64,000 bases of DNA from Macrostomum lignano (taxonomy: Eukaryota): contig NIVC01000616.1 in NCBI GenBank assembly GCA_002269645.1, forward strand, positions 1-64,000. Direction: 5' to 3'. The first letter of the stretch is position 1; the number at the start of each line of letters is the position of its first letter. Under the pieces are notes generated by a model. That model did not search any database, was not told the DNA's origin, and worked only from the letters and a program-made list of their open reading frames with translations. Both the position numbers and the translations under genes were made by a program. Of this stretch, positions 26,606 through 38,208 are shown piece after piece.

Positions 26606-27790
26606 TGCTTCAGAACTGCAGTTAAAATACATAGCAGTGATAGGCTGCTCAGTGTGTAGGCGTGCAGGCGGAGCCACTGCACAGTTGATTGAGTGAAATC
26701 TATAAATAGCAATTTTCTATGGAGTCCACCAGTCAGAGCCAGGGTCAGAATGTACACACGCAGCCACTGAGCATTTTTTCTCCTTGCACACTGCAACCAG
26801 TATTGAAGCTTACACAGTGGAGAGAGAAAAGTTATGGCGCAATCATAATTGGAATTGGAATTCAGCCAGTCCAGTCAAGAATTCAACCTAGTTTGCCCTA
26901 CCATTAAAAGCATTGGGAAAACTCGTTTTTCGAATATTTAATACCTTTAGCATTAAAGCCAATTAAAGAAATTTTAACTGTCTTCTTTCCAGATAATTAC
27001 AAATCTTTTCGTAAAAACGCGATTAAAATTGGCCAATTGGTTCTATCTCTAGAACGTTATGCAAATAATAACACAAATTCTCTTCGAGTGAAAGTCACAC
27101 GAAGCAGCTATGACATAATCAAATACTCAGGCAGTCAGCATCAGTCTCAATTAAAGTTAGCAATATGGTTACGCAATTTCTGTCTTTCAACTTGGCACAG
27201 TGTTTTCAACTTGTTGTGATGCAATCTTTATCAAAATCAGAATTCAGTCAGTCGGTTTTTTCTCTAGCATTCTTACAGCGCATTTCAAGTCGAAAGAGCT
27301 GCTTGACCTTTGCAAAAAAGCATGTTTTTCGAATATTTAATCCCTTTAGCATTAAAGCAGATTAAAGAAATTTTAACCGTCTTCTTTCCAGACAATTTTA
27401 AATCTTTTGGCGAAAACGCGATCAAAATCGGTGAAGTATTGCTCGCTCTAGAGCGTTATGGACATTCATTCAAGCATACAAACCTTAGAGATTTAGTATA
27501 TTTAGATTAGAAGATTTAGTATATTGTGATTAGAAGAAGATAGAAGATAGACAAGCAAGCAAGCATACAAATATTAGAGATTTAGTATATTTAGACGATC
27601 TCTAAAGCGTTATGGACAAGCAAGCAAGCAAGCATACAAATATTAGAGATTTAGTATATTTAGATTAGAAGATAGAAGACTAGAGCGTTATGGACATTCA
27701 TTCAAGCATACAAACAAACCTTAGAGATTTAGTATATTTAGATTTAGTATATTTAGATTTAGTATATGGATTTTGATTTTTAGTATAATG
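26606..27790 (-). mobile_element. Stack of truncated Helitron 5'-end fragments
   Basis: Repeated TCTAAATATACTAAATC and TCTTCTA motifs; blocks shared with 10190-10540, 26200-26460 and 30610-30950. Confidence 0.7.
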
Positions 27791-28329
27791 GAAGTATAAT
27801 GGATTTCATAATGGTTGGCTTGTGTAGCTGTCAAATAGATCGATAATTGGGGTTGACGCACTGGAGAGAGAGTGATAAAAATGTACGCGGAGATGAATTA
27901 GGGGTAGTAAAATGGCGTGATGTGTTCAGGTGAGTGTACGCACCTACACCCTGAAAGGCAGAGTAATAGTATCGCATTTTAAGAAAGCGTATTTAACAAT
28001 GGCCTCGTCAACCATTTTTCATCTTGCGAGAATTCACATACTTTTGATCGCATAAAATTCTACTCATACTAAGTAACGATAGAAGATGAAAATTCTTGAT
28101 GTAAGAAATTGCACGAAGCTAACGACTCCCTTGCGGGGAAAAATTCTGGTTCGGAATGAGGTGAGCTGCACTTTTAGTTTCTTCGCTTACTTTTGCACAA
28201 TAGTCAATTAAATGCACAATAGTCAAGAAAACAATACTACTGTAATTTGTAGGTGAAAATCAACTCAAAAATTTTTCCTGACCCCACATTTGTTTAGATT
28301 CGGTCCTACTCAAACCGTAGTGGCCCCGG

Positions 28330-29210
28330 CACTTTGTTCTCGGCCCTTCTGATCGACGAGACAGCTGAGATCAAAGTGTGTTTTTTCGGACGTAACCTTA
28401 CGATTCGTGGCAGAAGTGTACCGAGGGGAACGCTGTAAACCTTCACGGCGTTGAAGTGAAGACAGCGGATCAGCGCTACAACTTTGCTGAGAACCTTTTC
28501 GAGCTAAATGTCAATGTCGACAAAGGTGGTTTCGTTGAAGAAGCGGAAGACTTCGTGTGTTCACCGCACTACAGATTCCACCCGATATCAGAGCTAGCCA
28601 CAATCGGGACTAATGGGTGAGAATTCTTATGTCAAAATTATATTCTTATGTCTATATCTATAACTCTATCTATCTATCCATCTATCCATCTATCCGTCTA
28701 TCCATCTAGCTATCTATCCACTTCTCAATATGTCTTACCCATTTATCTATTCAAGATTTGACTTTGAACCCCATTTCTGATCCTAGCGTTCGCGTCGACT
28801 TGCTGGGGGTAGTAATATCGACTGCTGGTCCGACCGACGTCCAGACAAGAAATGGTCCTACGCAAAGGACTGGCGTTGTCTTGGCAGACAACAGTGACCG
28901 TACAGTCCTCTGTACGTTCTGGGGACGGCGAGCCGTTCAGGTGTCCTCGTGGCACATCAATTCTATTGTGGCAATCAAGGGGGCGTGAACAAGTGACTAC
29001 GATGTCCTCTCGCTTAGTTGCTCCTCCGTCTATTGTGTCCTGGATCCCGACGGAGTTGACCTCAGTGAGCTGCAAAAATGGCGTGAGGAACGAGCAGCCA
29101 AAGAATTGATGCCCGTTGCTGCCTCTCGCCAGCCGCAGATCGACGATGCGATTTGCATCGACGTGCCCAGCAGCGTCAAACGGGTCCGCATCCGTCGGGG
29201 AAATATCGAG
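28330..29210 (+). pseudogene. RPA70-like OB-fold gene, copy 3 (divergent, broken)
   Basis: LLIDETAEIKVCFFG...EVKTADQRYNFAENLFELNV, gtgag donor ~28617, then VRVDLLGVVIS...VVLADNSDRTVLCTFWG...VAIKGA* (in-frame TGA), ...KRVRIRRGNIE|gtaagg. Confidence 0.7.
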
Positions 29211-30059
29211 GTAAGGCTCAATATTTAACTCAATTCAATTTAGTATGCATGCTCTTCCTGTCATAGCCAACAGAACCAGCTTCTTCACAAAACTTACAGA
29301 GGACGATCGATCTCAACGATTTGGAGCCACAGAGTTCACAGTGAGTAATCGAATACTTTCATGCCGTTAGAATTTGCGTTGCGGGTATCAAGGAGCTACA
29401 ATATAAAAATTTTAACGAATCACAAATCGTACTTGCAGACAAAGCGACACGTCATTCTCCTCTCAGTGAACGATGTACGGCGAACATCGGTGAAGATGTA
29501 CGATGTACGGTGAAGAGTGAAAGCTGATAATAAAATAAAAGCTGAATAAAAATGTTCTGGATAAGAATATTGAAATAAAAGCTGAATAAAACTGTTCTGG
29601 ATAAGACTATTTACCTTCTGTCTATTTCACTTACGTATATCCATCTGTCGTTGTGTCAGCTCATGCCTGTCTGTCCGTCTATATATAAATTGTACAGCAA
29701 CAATCATTCCAGTCTCCCCAGAAGTGTAAGATTCTCCCCAGATTAGCACCGCTCCCCAGATTAGTAATGCTCTCTGCAAATTAGCACATGGGAGGAGACT
29801 TCATTATTGTCAAAATTCTGCAGTTCTCCTCCCGGCTGGCTCCTCAGTCTCCTCAGCAAACTTGCAATAGTCCTTTTATCTATTTAAAAATTTCTCAGCA
29901 TTTAGTACGACTCACTAATCAGTACTCGATACATAACTACACCAATATCTTATCTATTCTATATCTATATCTATACTCGATCATAGGATTTAGCTATGCC
30001 TTCAGCAGTTTAGCAGTATTGTCTGCAGTTTAGCAATTTCATGCTTAAATGCAGGCAAC

Positions 30060-30283
30060 GGTGACCGGACATTTCGTCAACCGGCATTTCGTCAACCAGA
30101 CCAACCATGTCCGGTTGCCGTAATGTTTGGTTGACAATACCAGTTGACGAAATGCCAGTTGACGAAATGCCAGTTGACGAAATGCCGGTTGACGAATGCC
30201 AGTTGACGAAATGCCAGTTGACGAAATGCCAGTTGACGAAATGCCGGTTGACGAAATGCCAGTTGACGAAATGTCCTGGAACC
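30060..30283. mobile_element. 224-bp MITE with imperfect ~24-bp TIRs, internal 15-bp repeats and an 8-bp TSD (Merlin-like)
   Basis: Left GGTGACCGGACATTTCGTCAAC, right GTTGACGAAATGTCCTGGAACC; TSD CAGGCAAC at 30052-30059 and 30284-30291; GG-starting TIRs with 8-bp TSD fit the Merlin superfamily. Confidence 0.75.
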
Positions 30284-30503
30284 CAGGCAACACCCATTGA
30301 TGAGATCAGTAACACTCAAAGCAGTTTACAAATCAAATTTGTTTAGTGGCTTGTGCCGATTAGCGAAAATATAAGCACAAGCCACTAAGCAAACGTAAAG
30401 CAAACTACGTAATAAAAATGTTTCAATCGCTATTAATAGACAGACGTTTCAATTAGTCGATGCAGAATTTAGAAAAAAATAAATTCATGCAATTTAAATT
30501 ATT

Positions 30504-30575
30504 CGCAGCGAGGTGGACTCGAACCTGGGACCTTACGCCTAGCCTAAACCTAGTGCCTACATGCGGCTACTCCGC
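30504..30575 (-). ncRNA. tRNA-like / tRNA-derived sequence (probably a SINE head or pseudo-tRNA)
   Basis: gcggagtagccgcatgtaggcactaggtttaggctaggcgtaaggtcccaGGTTCGAGTCCacctcgc: good B-box, A-box-like start, imperfect acceptor stem. Confidence 0.55.
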
Positions 30576-30609
30576 CTATTGATGGAAAGGCGAGAAAATC
30601 AGCCATATA

Positions 30610-31180
30610 AGCTTCGACACTGCAGTCAAATACATAGCAGTGATGGGCTGCTCAGTGCGCAGGCAGAGCCAATGCACAGTTGAGTGAAATCTATAAATAG
30701 CAATTGTCTATGCAGTCCGCCATTCAGCTAGGGTCAGAGGAATGTACACACAGCCACTGAGCATTTTTTCTCTCCCTTGCACACTGTAGCCAGTATTGAA
30801 ACTTGGAGAAAAAAGTTATGGCGCAATCTCAATTGGAGTTTCAATTCAGTCAGTCGAGATTTTGACCATTTCTAGCCTCCCATTAAAATCATAAGGAAAA
30901 CTCGTTTTTCGAATATTTAATCCACTTAGCACGGAAGCAAATATTTGAAAATTTTTAGGTACAATCCTTGAAAAAAATTGCAGGTTTAGAAAAAAACGCG
31001 ATCAAATTTGGTTGAGGCATTCAGTATTAAATGCGTCATTCACAAACAGACAAACAAAGGTAGGACTTTTAGTATATTAGAAGATTAGAAGAAGAAAGAT
31101 AGAAGATAGAAGAAGATAGATAGAAGATAGAAGATTCATTCAAGCATACAAATATTAGAGATTTAGTATATTTAGATTTG
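30610..31180 (-). mobile_element. Helitron-family 5' region (third element) with multiple 5' motifs
   Basis: 30610-30950 similar to 26606-26950; tttagtatatt(t)aga and (tagaaga)n at 31068-31178. Confidence 0.65.
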
Positions 31181-31546
31181 ATAAAGCTTCCTGACTTTGT
31201 GCTGGATGGTCATAAAAATTGCCTGCGCGCTTATGTCTTAGCCGTAAAAATGGCCTGCGCGGTAAAGTCACTGGGTTTTTGCGCGCTTGTGCCTGTGCGC
31301 GCTTATTTCCACACTTGCCAAAAAATACACATCCGCGCTTATGTCACGCGCGCTTATTCAGCCCTCCCGATAAGCCTCACCCAAAGTTCGCAAGAGAATA
31401 GCAGGCGCAAATTGGCTGACCTACGGACAAGAAATGACAGCTCTGGAATGCATGTCAACTGGGCCATATATACCCAAATGGGTATATTGATTGAATTATA
31501 CTGCCTAATAAAATCCCATTTGATTCGTCAAAGGATTGAACAATTG

Positions 31547-32305
31547 AAGGTAAATATCAACATGAAGTATTATTTGAGTTGCCGATGCATTTCGTCCATT
31601 TGCATTAGGACATCGTCAGGGTCTTTTTATTGAGAAACAATTTGAACGAATATTCAGTATATATAGATAGTTGAGAGTAACAAGAGTAGTTGAATTGAGT
31701 TTTTAATTGATGGTTTAAAACTTGTACATAGTAATCAATTTTTTGATACAGTATTGGTTGGGTAAAGTGCATATCAGTTTCAAGCCAGTCCGGTCATTGA
31801 CAAATCAGCTAAAAAATTCTGAGTTGACGGCTAGCCCCACCCATCGCAAGTTGGTTATTTAACGTGGGCTGTTTGGTCTTAATGTACAGGGCTTCTAATA
31901 GGCAGAGCATGTGATCTCTATTACAAAAATCAATAGCCTTTATCATTTCGTGTGGTTCAGCCTCACAACAAGAATTGCAGGTTAGCAGGTTAAATAACCA
32001 ACTTGCGATGGGTGGGGCTAGCCGTCAACTCAGAATTTTTTAGCTGATTTGTCAATGACCGGACTGGCTTGAAACTGATATGCACTTTACCCAACCAATA
32101 CTGTATCAAAAAATTGATTACTATGTACAAGTTTTAAACCATCAATTAAAAACTCAATTCAACTACTCTTGTTACTCTCAACTATCTATATATACTGAAT
32201 ATTCGTTCAAATTGTTTCTCAATAAAAAGACCCTGACGATGTCCTAATGCAAATGGACGAAATGCATCGGCAACTCAAATAATACTTTATGTTGATATTT
32301 ACCTT
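31547..32305. repeat. Foldback: 317-bp near-perfect inverted arms (31547-31863 / 31989-32305) with a 125-bp spacer
   Basis: Arms are reverse complements over their whole length, with about one mismatch seen. Confidence 0.95.
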
Positions 32306-32996
32306 TATTTATCTACTCTTCATCAAGCGAGCCACTTTACCTGATTGAACAATTGTATATTCTGGCTTTAATTGTAAGATGTCGTAATTACGATAAAAGA
32401 GAAAAACTCAAGACAATTCAAAACTCCTGTCTAAAAACTTTCAGATGACCAGTTTAGAACACAATTTGAAGGTTGACATGTCATCATTCTTTCATTTAAT
32501 ATTAGTTATATGCATATAATTGTTAGTTATAGAATGAGTTATTTAGTAATAAATTAAATTAATTGAAATAGAAAGCAGTTGGAAAACAATTAACCAGTAC
32601 AAGCTATTCAATCTATTCAACAGCAGCGACGCCGCTGTCGTCAGTAGCCAAATGTACGTCGTCAGCAGCGACCCCAGCGGGCTTAGTGGCTGGGTTGGTA
32701 GCAGTGGCCGTCGTAGCCCTTAAGGCGGCAGTGGCTGCGTTAGCAGCGTGCCGGCAGTCCGCTACCTAATGCCCTACTTTCAGGCAGTAGAAGCACATAG
32801 TACCTGTAAATTTTATATAAGAGTATTTCTTTCACTTCTGCTGATACAAAAGACTTTTTCAGCGACTGCAGTGAGAGAAGAAATTCAAAGTCCTTACTTT
32901 CTTAATAGACTCGCGTATTATAGAGTAGATTACAAAGTTCTACAAGTTTTTATAGAGCCCAAATTAGGCATGAGAGATTAAAAAGTTAACTTACGC

Positions 32997-33590
<594 letters not shown>

Positions 33591-33613
33591 GCTGATGCTG
33601 CTGCTGATGCTGC

Positions 33614-36600
33614 TCTCTCTCTCTCTCTCTCTCTACACCGAGCCCTCGACGCCGCTGGGAGGCGGCTGGGGGCTTGGCCGGCCGAGGGGTCGGTCCACCA
33701 CCCGAAGAAAGCGGCAGATCCCGCCCGCGTCGTTGAGGTCGAGGGGGTGGACAGCGCGGGCGTGGTCTCCCGGGGGCAGTCGTCTAACAGGTGACTCTCG
33801 GTGTCTGGCTCACCGCAGTCCGGACACCGCGGCGAGTCAGCAATGCCGATGCGGTGGCGGGTAGCGGCACAGGCGGTGCTGCAGCCTGCGCAGAGCTGGC
33901 AGACCGCCGTCTCCTCCGCTGGGCTGATGCGGTCGGGGTGAGTCCATGGTGCGCTGCGTCCCCAGAAGTCACGGTCAAGGCGACGCCTGGCTCTGTGGAT
34001 GAGCGCCTTAGCAGTGCCAAGTGGGATTGCCTGTTCTTCTTGGCGGAGATTCACGGCGCGGTTGGCAGCAGCATCCACTCTTTCGTTGCATTTCACCTCA
34101 ACGTGGGCCGGCACCCAAGTGAGGCGGATGCGGTGCTGCATCGCGCAGAGGTACTCCGCGCCCCGCGGGTCGCTCTGGTCGCAAGGACCGCGCATGAGGG
34201 TGACGAGCGCCGCTTGGCTATCAGTGAGAATGTCGGCGCTAGTCCCGTGACTCGTGTCCAGGTGTCGGATGCTTGCAAGACCGGTGGCTATAGCAGTCAA
34301 CTCCGCTGCGGTGCTGCTGCAGATCGCTCCAGCCGCAGCAGTGCGCACCTGTCCCCAGAGCCTAGTCGTGATGACCGCGGCTCCGCGTTTATTTCTGTAG
34401 CCTTCGGTGGCGCTGCCATCAGTCCAGATTTCGATGTCCGGCACAGGTCTGGAAGCCAGATATTCGAGAGCACGGGTTCGCTGAATGCTGTCGGGGAGTC
34501 GGCGGTTGCAGGCGTCTGCCAGATTGAGGTCGAAGACGACGTTGTCGGTGAAGGTCCACGGCGGACCCGGCGCCGTATACGGCGCGCGCGTATGTAGGTC
34601 CAGTTCGTCGGTCAATTCTTGTGCTGCGCGCCTCCAGCAGCCACGGTGTGGTCGCTTGTAGTCATTGACCAGGATTGGCCGCTCCGGTGTCTGCTGCTGA
34701 TCTCTGATCCAGCTTTCGTGGGCTCGGGATTTTAGTCGGGGTCTGCAGGTTCTGAGTGCCGTTTGGTGCGCTGGCTGGACCCGTAGGACCCTTTCACGGA
34801 GGACCGCTGCTCTTTCCAGGAACAGGTGACCGAGCGGCGGCAGGTCGGCGGCGGCCAAGAGCGCTCTGATATTTGTCGGCTGGATGCACCCTGTGATGAT
34901 GCGGGCGGCGCAGTTCTGTTGGCGCTCCACAAGGAGGCGTGTGCTCGGGGACGCGAAGGCGCCCCAGACGCCACCTGCGAAGTCGGCTACGGCCCGGACC
35001 GTGGAGATGTAGGAGAACTTTGAAACTTGCGCCATTCGATCTGGTGGCAAGCGCCGCCAGTGGTCTTCTGCAGGCTGCCATGCGCTTGCAAATGTCACGG
35101 GCATGCTGATTAAAAGTGAGCTGGCCGTCGAGGGTCACCCCCAGGAAGGTCGGGTGGGCCTCGTACGCCAGCGGCTCTCCCGCGATGTTCAGATCTGGGC
35201 GCGTTTTCCCATTGCATTCACTTGGCGCGAGGGTGAAGGTGGTGTAGCAGCACTTAGCTGGGCTCATTTCGACCTTCCACGTGACGCACCAGGTGTGTAC
35301 CGCATCCAGGGCCGGTTGCAGATTGACGGCACAGCGGTGGAGCGAGTTGGCAGTGCTCAACAGTGCGCTGTCATCGGCAAAGAGGCTAATGCCAATGCCC
35401 GGGGCAGCTTGATTAACGGCTTCGACCAGATCGTTGACGTACACATTCCACAGCGTCGGGGCGATGACGCTGCCCTGTGGGAGGCCTTCGCGGAAACTTC
35501 TCTCGCGGCTGAGGGCGGCGTTCCAGCGAACTCTGGCGCGTCTTTGACAGAGGAAACCCCTGATCCACTGGACCATGCGGTGGCTTACGCCCATTCTAAA
35601 GAGCTTGGCGTAGAGAGCCCGGCGCCACAGGCGCGGCTGAAATCGAGCAGAGCCAGGATGCTGTGCAGGGACGGGCTAGCCTCGAGTCCGTCAAGATATC
35701 TTGGCAGATGCGGCCGATCTGCTCTTCGCAGCTCCGGTGCCTGCGAAAGCCGGCTTGACTAGCGGAGATCTTTCCGTTAGTTTCGAGGAAGCAGTTAAGT
35801 CTAGCCAGCACCATCCTTTCCGCACACTTGGCCACGCAGCTGGTCCGGGCGACCGGGAGGTAGCTGCTAGGCTGTTCCGGGTCTTTTCGTTTTTTGGAGA
35901 TCGGGATGATAACTGCCCCTTGCCAGGCGTTGGGTGTCTTTCCTTCTCTCCAGCTACGATTGATGAGCTCTAGCAGCGCAGAGTCGCCGGCCGGTGGCAG
36001 GTGTTTAAGCATTTCGTTGTGGATCCCGTCCGCTTCAGCGGCTTTGCCCGATTTAAGTTTACGCAGAGCAGTTCGGAGTTCGGAGACCGAAAGTTCTACT
36101 CCGATGCGTCCAGGTGCCCCGTCTGGTTCCGCAGTCCGGCTTTGACTTCGTAGCGGATAGCGGCGTCCTCAGGTCTACGCGGCACCCTGGAGACTTCAGC
36201 GTACAGCTGGCAGAAAAGATCTGCCTTATCCTTGTCGGAGTGGCAGGTATGTGCTGGTCTCCCTTTGCTTGCGCTGCTATAGATAGTAGCAGCATCTCGC
36301 TTCTTAGCTGACTCCCCTCGGAGGTTTCGGAGCAGGGCGTAAAGGTCGCTGTTGACATTAAGCTCGCTGGCCTTTGATTCCAGACAGGCTCGGCGCTCAG
36401 TGCGGATGGTTTTGGCCGCGTGGTGTCTGGCTCTGTTGTAAGCGGCCATGGCTTCCGGTGTCTTTGTGGTCTCCGCCGTGGTCCTGGCTTCTTGCACCGC
36501 GTCGCACGCTGACTGACATTTCTCGTTCCAGAAAGGAGCTCTTCGACCAGCTCTGCTGCCTCGCGGGATCGCCCGGTGTGCAGCCCTGAGGATCTCTTCA

Positions 36601-36716
36601 TTGAGTGCGGCGGCCTGTTGGTCCAGTGTCCTGCTGGCTTCCAATTGGAGCGTGTTCAACGCGAGCTGCAGGTGGTCGCTGAAGGTGGCAGAACCTTTGA
36701 ACACCCCGCTCTGTGC
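33614..36716 (-). mobile_element. 5'-truncated LINE A, I-group-like (RT + RNase H + CCHC), several frameshifts, (AG)n tail
   Basis: PFWNEKC spacer; AWQGAVIIPISKK..YLPVARTSCVAKCAERMV..QAGFRRHRS; GLPQGSVIAPTLW..ISLFADD; RNase H WTDGS..AELTAI..TDSQAAL..WVPAH..NERVD; RCPDCGEPDTESHLLDDC; TAG at 33635-33633 abuts the tail. Confidence 0.9.
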
Positions 36717-36720
36717 AGTT

Positions 36721-36748
36721 CTAACCCTAACCCTAAACCTAACCCTAG
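36721..36748 (-). repeat. Short TTAGGG-like tract at the 5' junction of LINE A
   Basis: ctaaccctaaccctaaacctaaccctag. Confidence 0.7.
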
Positions 36749-36889
36749 CAACTGAATCCTGACACTCGAGTTCTGTTTCGCGGAGAGCATTTCGATGGTG
36801 TGCAGTTTCACGGAGAGGATTTCGATGGATTTGGAGAAACGTTGAAGGATGGTATTCGGAGGGCTGCTTCTAATGGAAATCTTTCGATA

Positions 36890-37320
36890 GGTGATTCATT
36901 GGGGAATTTATTCAATGGGGTTTTTTTCGATCGAGGGTTCTTTGAATAGGGGATTCTTTGGATGAAGGATCCTTTCGATAAAAGGATCCTTTAGATATGG
37001 GTTTTTTGGATGGGGATTCTTTAGATGGGGGTTATTTAGATGAGGGGATTCTTTAGCCGAGAATTCTGTAGATAGGGGGATTATTTGGAGGGGGATTTTA
37101 TATATGCGGGATTCTTTGAATGGGGATTCTTTTGATTTTTTGATGGGGATTATTTGGACGGGGTTCTTTAGATGAGGGGATTCTTTGGCCAATTATTTTT
37201 TGGTGGAGATTATTTGGTTAGAAGATCTATGGATTATTTGGATGTGAATTTTTTGGATGGGGGATTCTTTGCATGTGAAATTCTTTGCATTGAGGATTTT
37301 ATGGATGGGGAAAACTGTGG
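36890..37320. repeat. Degenerate G-rich low-complexity repeat (ggggattctt-like)
   Basis: Recurrent ggggattc/ggggatta motifs. Confidence 0.7.
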
Positions 37321-37336
37321 TTGGAGTTTGGACGGA

Positions 37337-37402
37337 AAGCCCCAACGGGGGTTGGAATTGGCTAGTCCAATATACTAAAAATCCTCCAATATACTAAAAA
37401 AA
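37337..37402 (+). other. Helitron 3' end (hairpin + CTAG) joined to doubled 5' ends
   Basis: aagccccaacgggggtt ggaattgg CTAG|TCCAATATACTAAAAA-tcc-TCCAATATACTAAAAA. Confidence 0.7.
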
Positions 37403-37784
37403 CTATGCACCTATAGGAACCTTCGTTTAACTTTACTCTGCGTGGTCCGAATTTCGTGGGGTTTTCTGCACTCGATGCGTATTGATGGTGCGCTGGTACA
37501 CAATTTTGCTAAGAAATTGCTATTTTTTTGGGATTTTGCAGCAACACTCAAAAGTTCCACCCTCCAGGCGAGATTAATTTTTTTCACTTATTGCAAGTGA
37601 TGCAATTTACTACGCACGCGCAAAGCTTATTGCCACTTGGGGGTTGATTGGATCTGCTTAATGGTCCAGGATGACAACGCGCCGCCACACCGAGCCGATG
37701 CTGTTGTTATTCAACTGAAAGAACAGCTACAGCTGCGCCCTCTGCGCTGGCCTTCCCAGTCCCCAGACATAAATCCCATCGCAA

Positions 37785-38195
37785 TAATCTCATAGCAATA
37801 GTCTCATAGCAGTTTTGCGGTAATCTCATAGCAATGATCTTATAGCGGCTCTTCGAAAATCTCATAGTAGCTCTCAAATAATCTCATATTAGCTCCTCAA
37901 TAATCTCATGCAATAATATCATAGCAGCTTTGCAATAATCTCATAGCAGCTTCGCAATAATCTCATAGCAATAACCTCAGCAGTTTTGCAATAATCTCAC
38001 AGCAGCTCTTCAATAATCTCATAGCAGTTTTACAAAAATCTCATAGCAGCTCTGCAATAATTTCATTAAGCTCTTTAATAATCTTAAACTAGCTTTACAA
38101 TAATCTCATAGTAGCTTTACAATAATCTCATAGTAGCTTTACAATAATCTCATAGCAGTTTTACAATTATCTCAGCAGTTTTGCAATAATATTAC
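37785..38195. repeat. ~22-bp minisatellite (aatctcatagcagctttacaat)n
   Basis: Direct degenerate tandem units. Confidence 0.9.
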
Positions 38196-38208
38196 AGCAG
38201 CTCTTTGA

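Noticed and set aside
30010-30346. Four overlapping repetitive ORFs
   Set aside because: Translations of the 15-bp repeats in the MITE
30504-30575. Functional tRNA gene
   Set aside because: Acceptor, D and anticodon stems pair poorly by eye; treated as tRNA-derived
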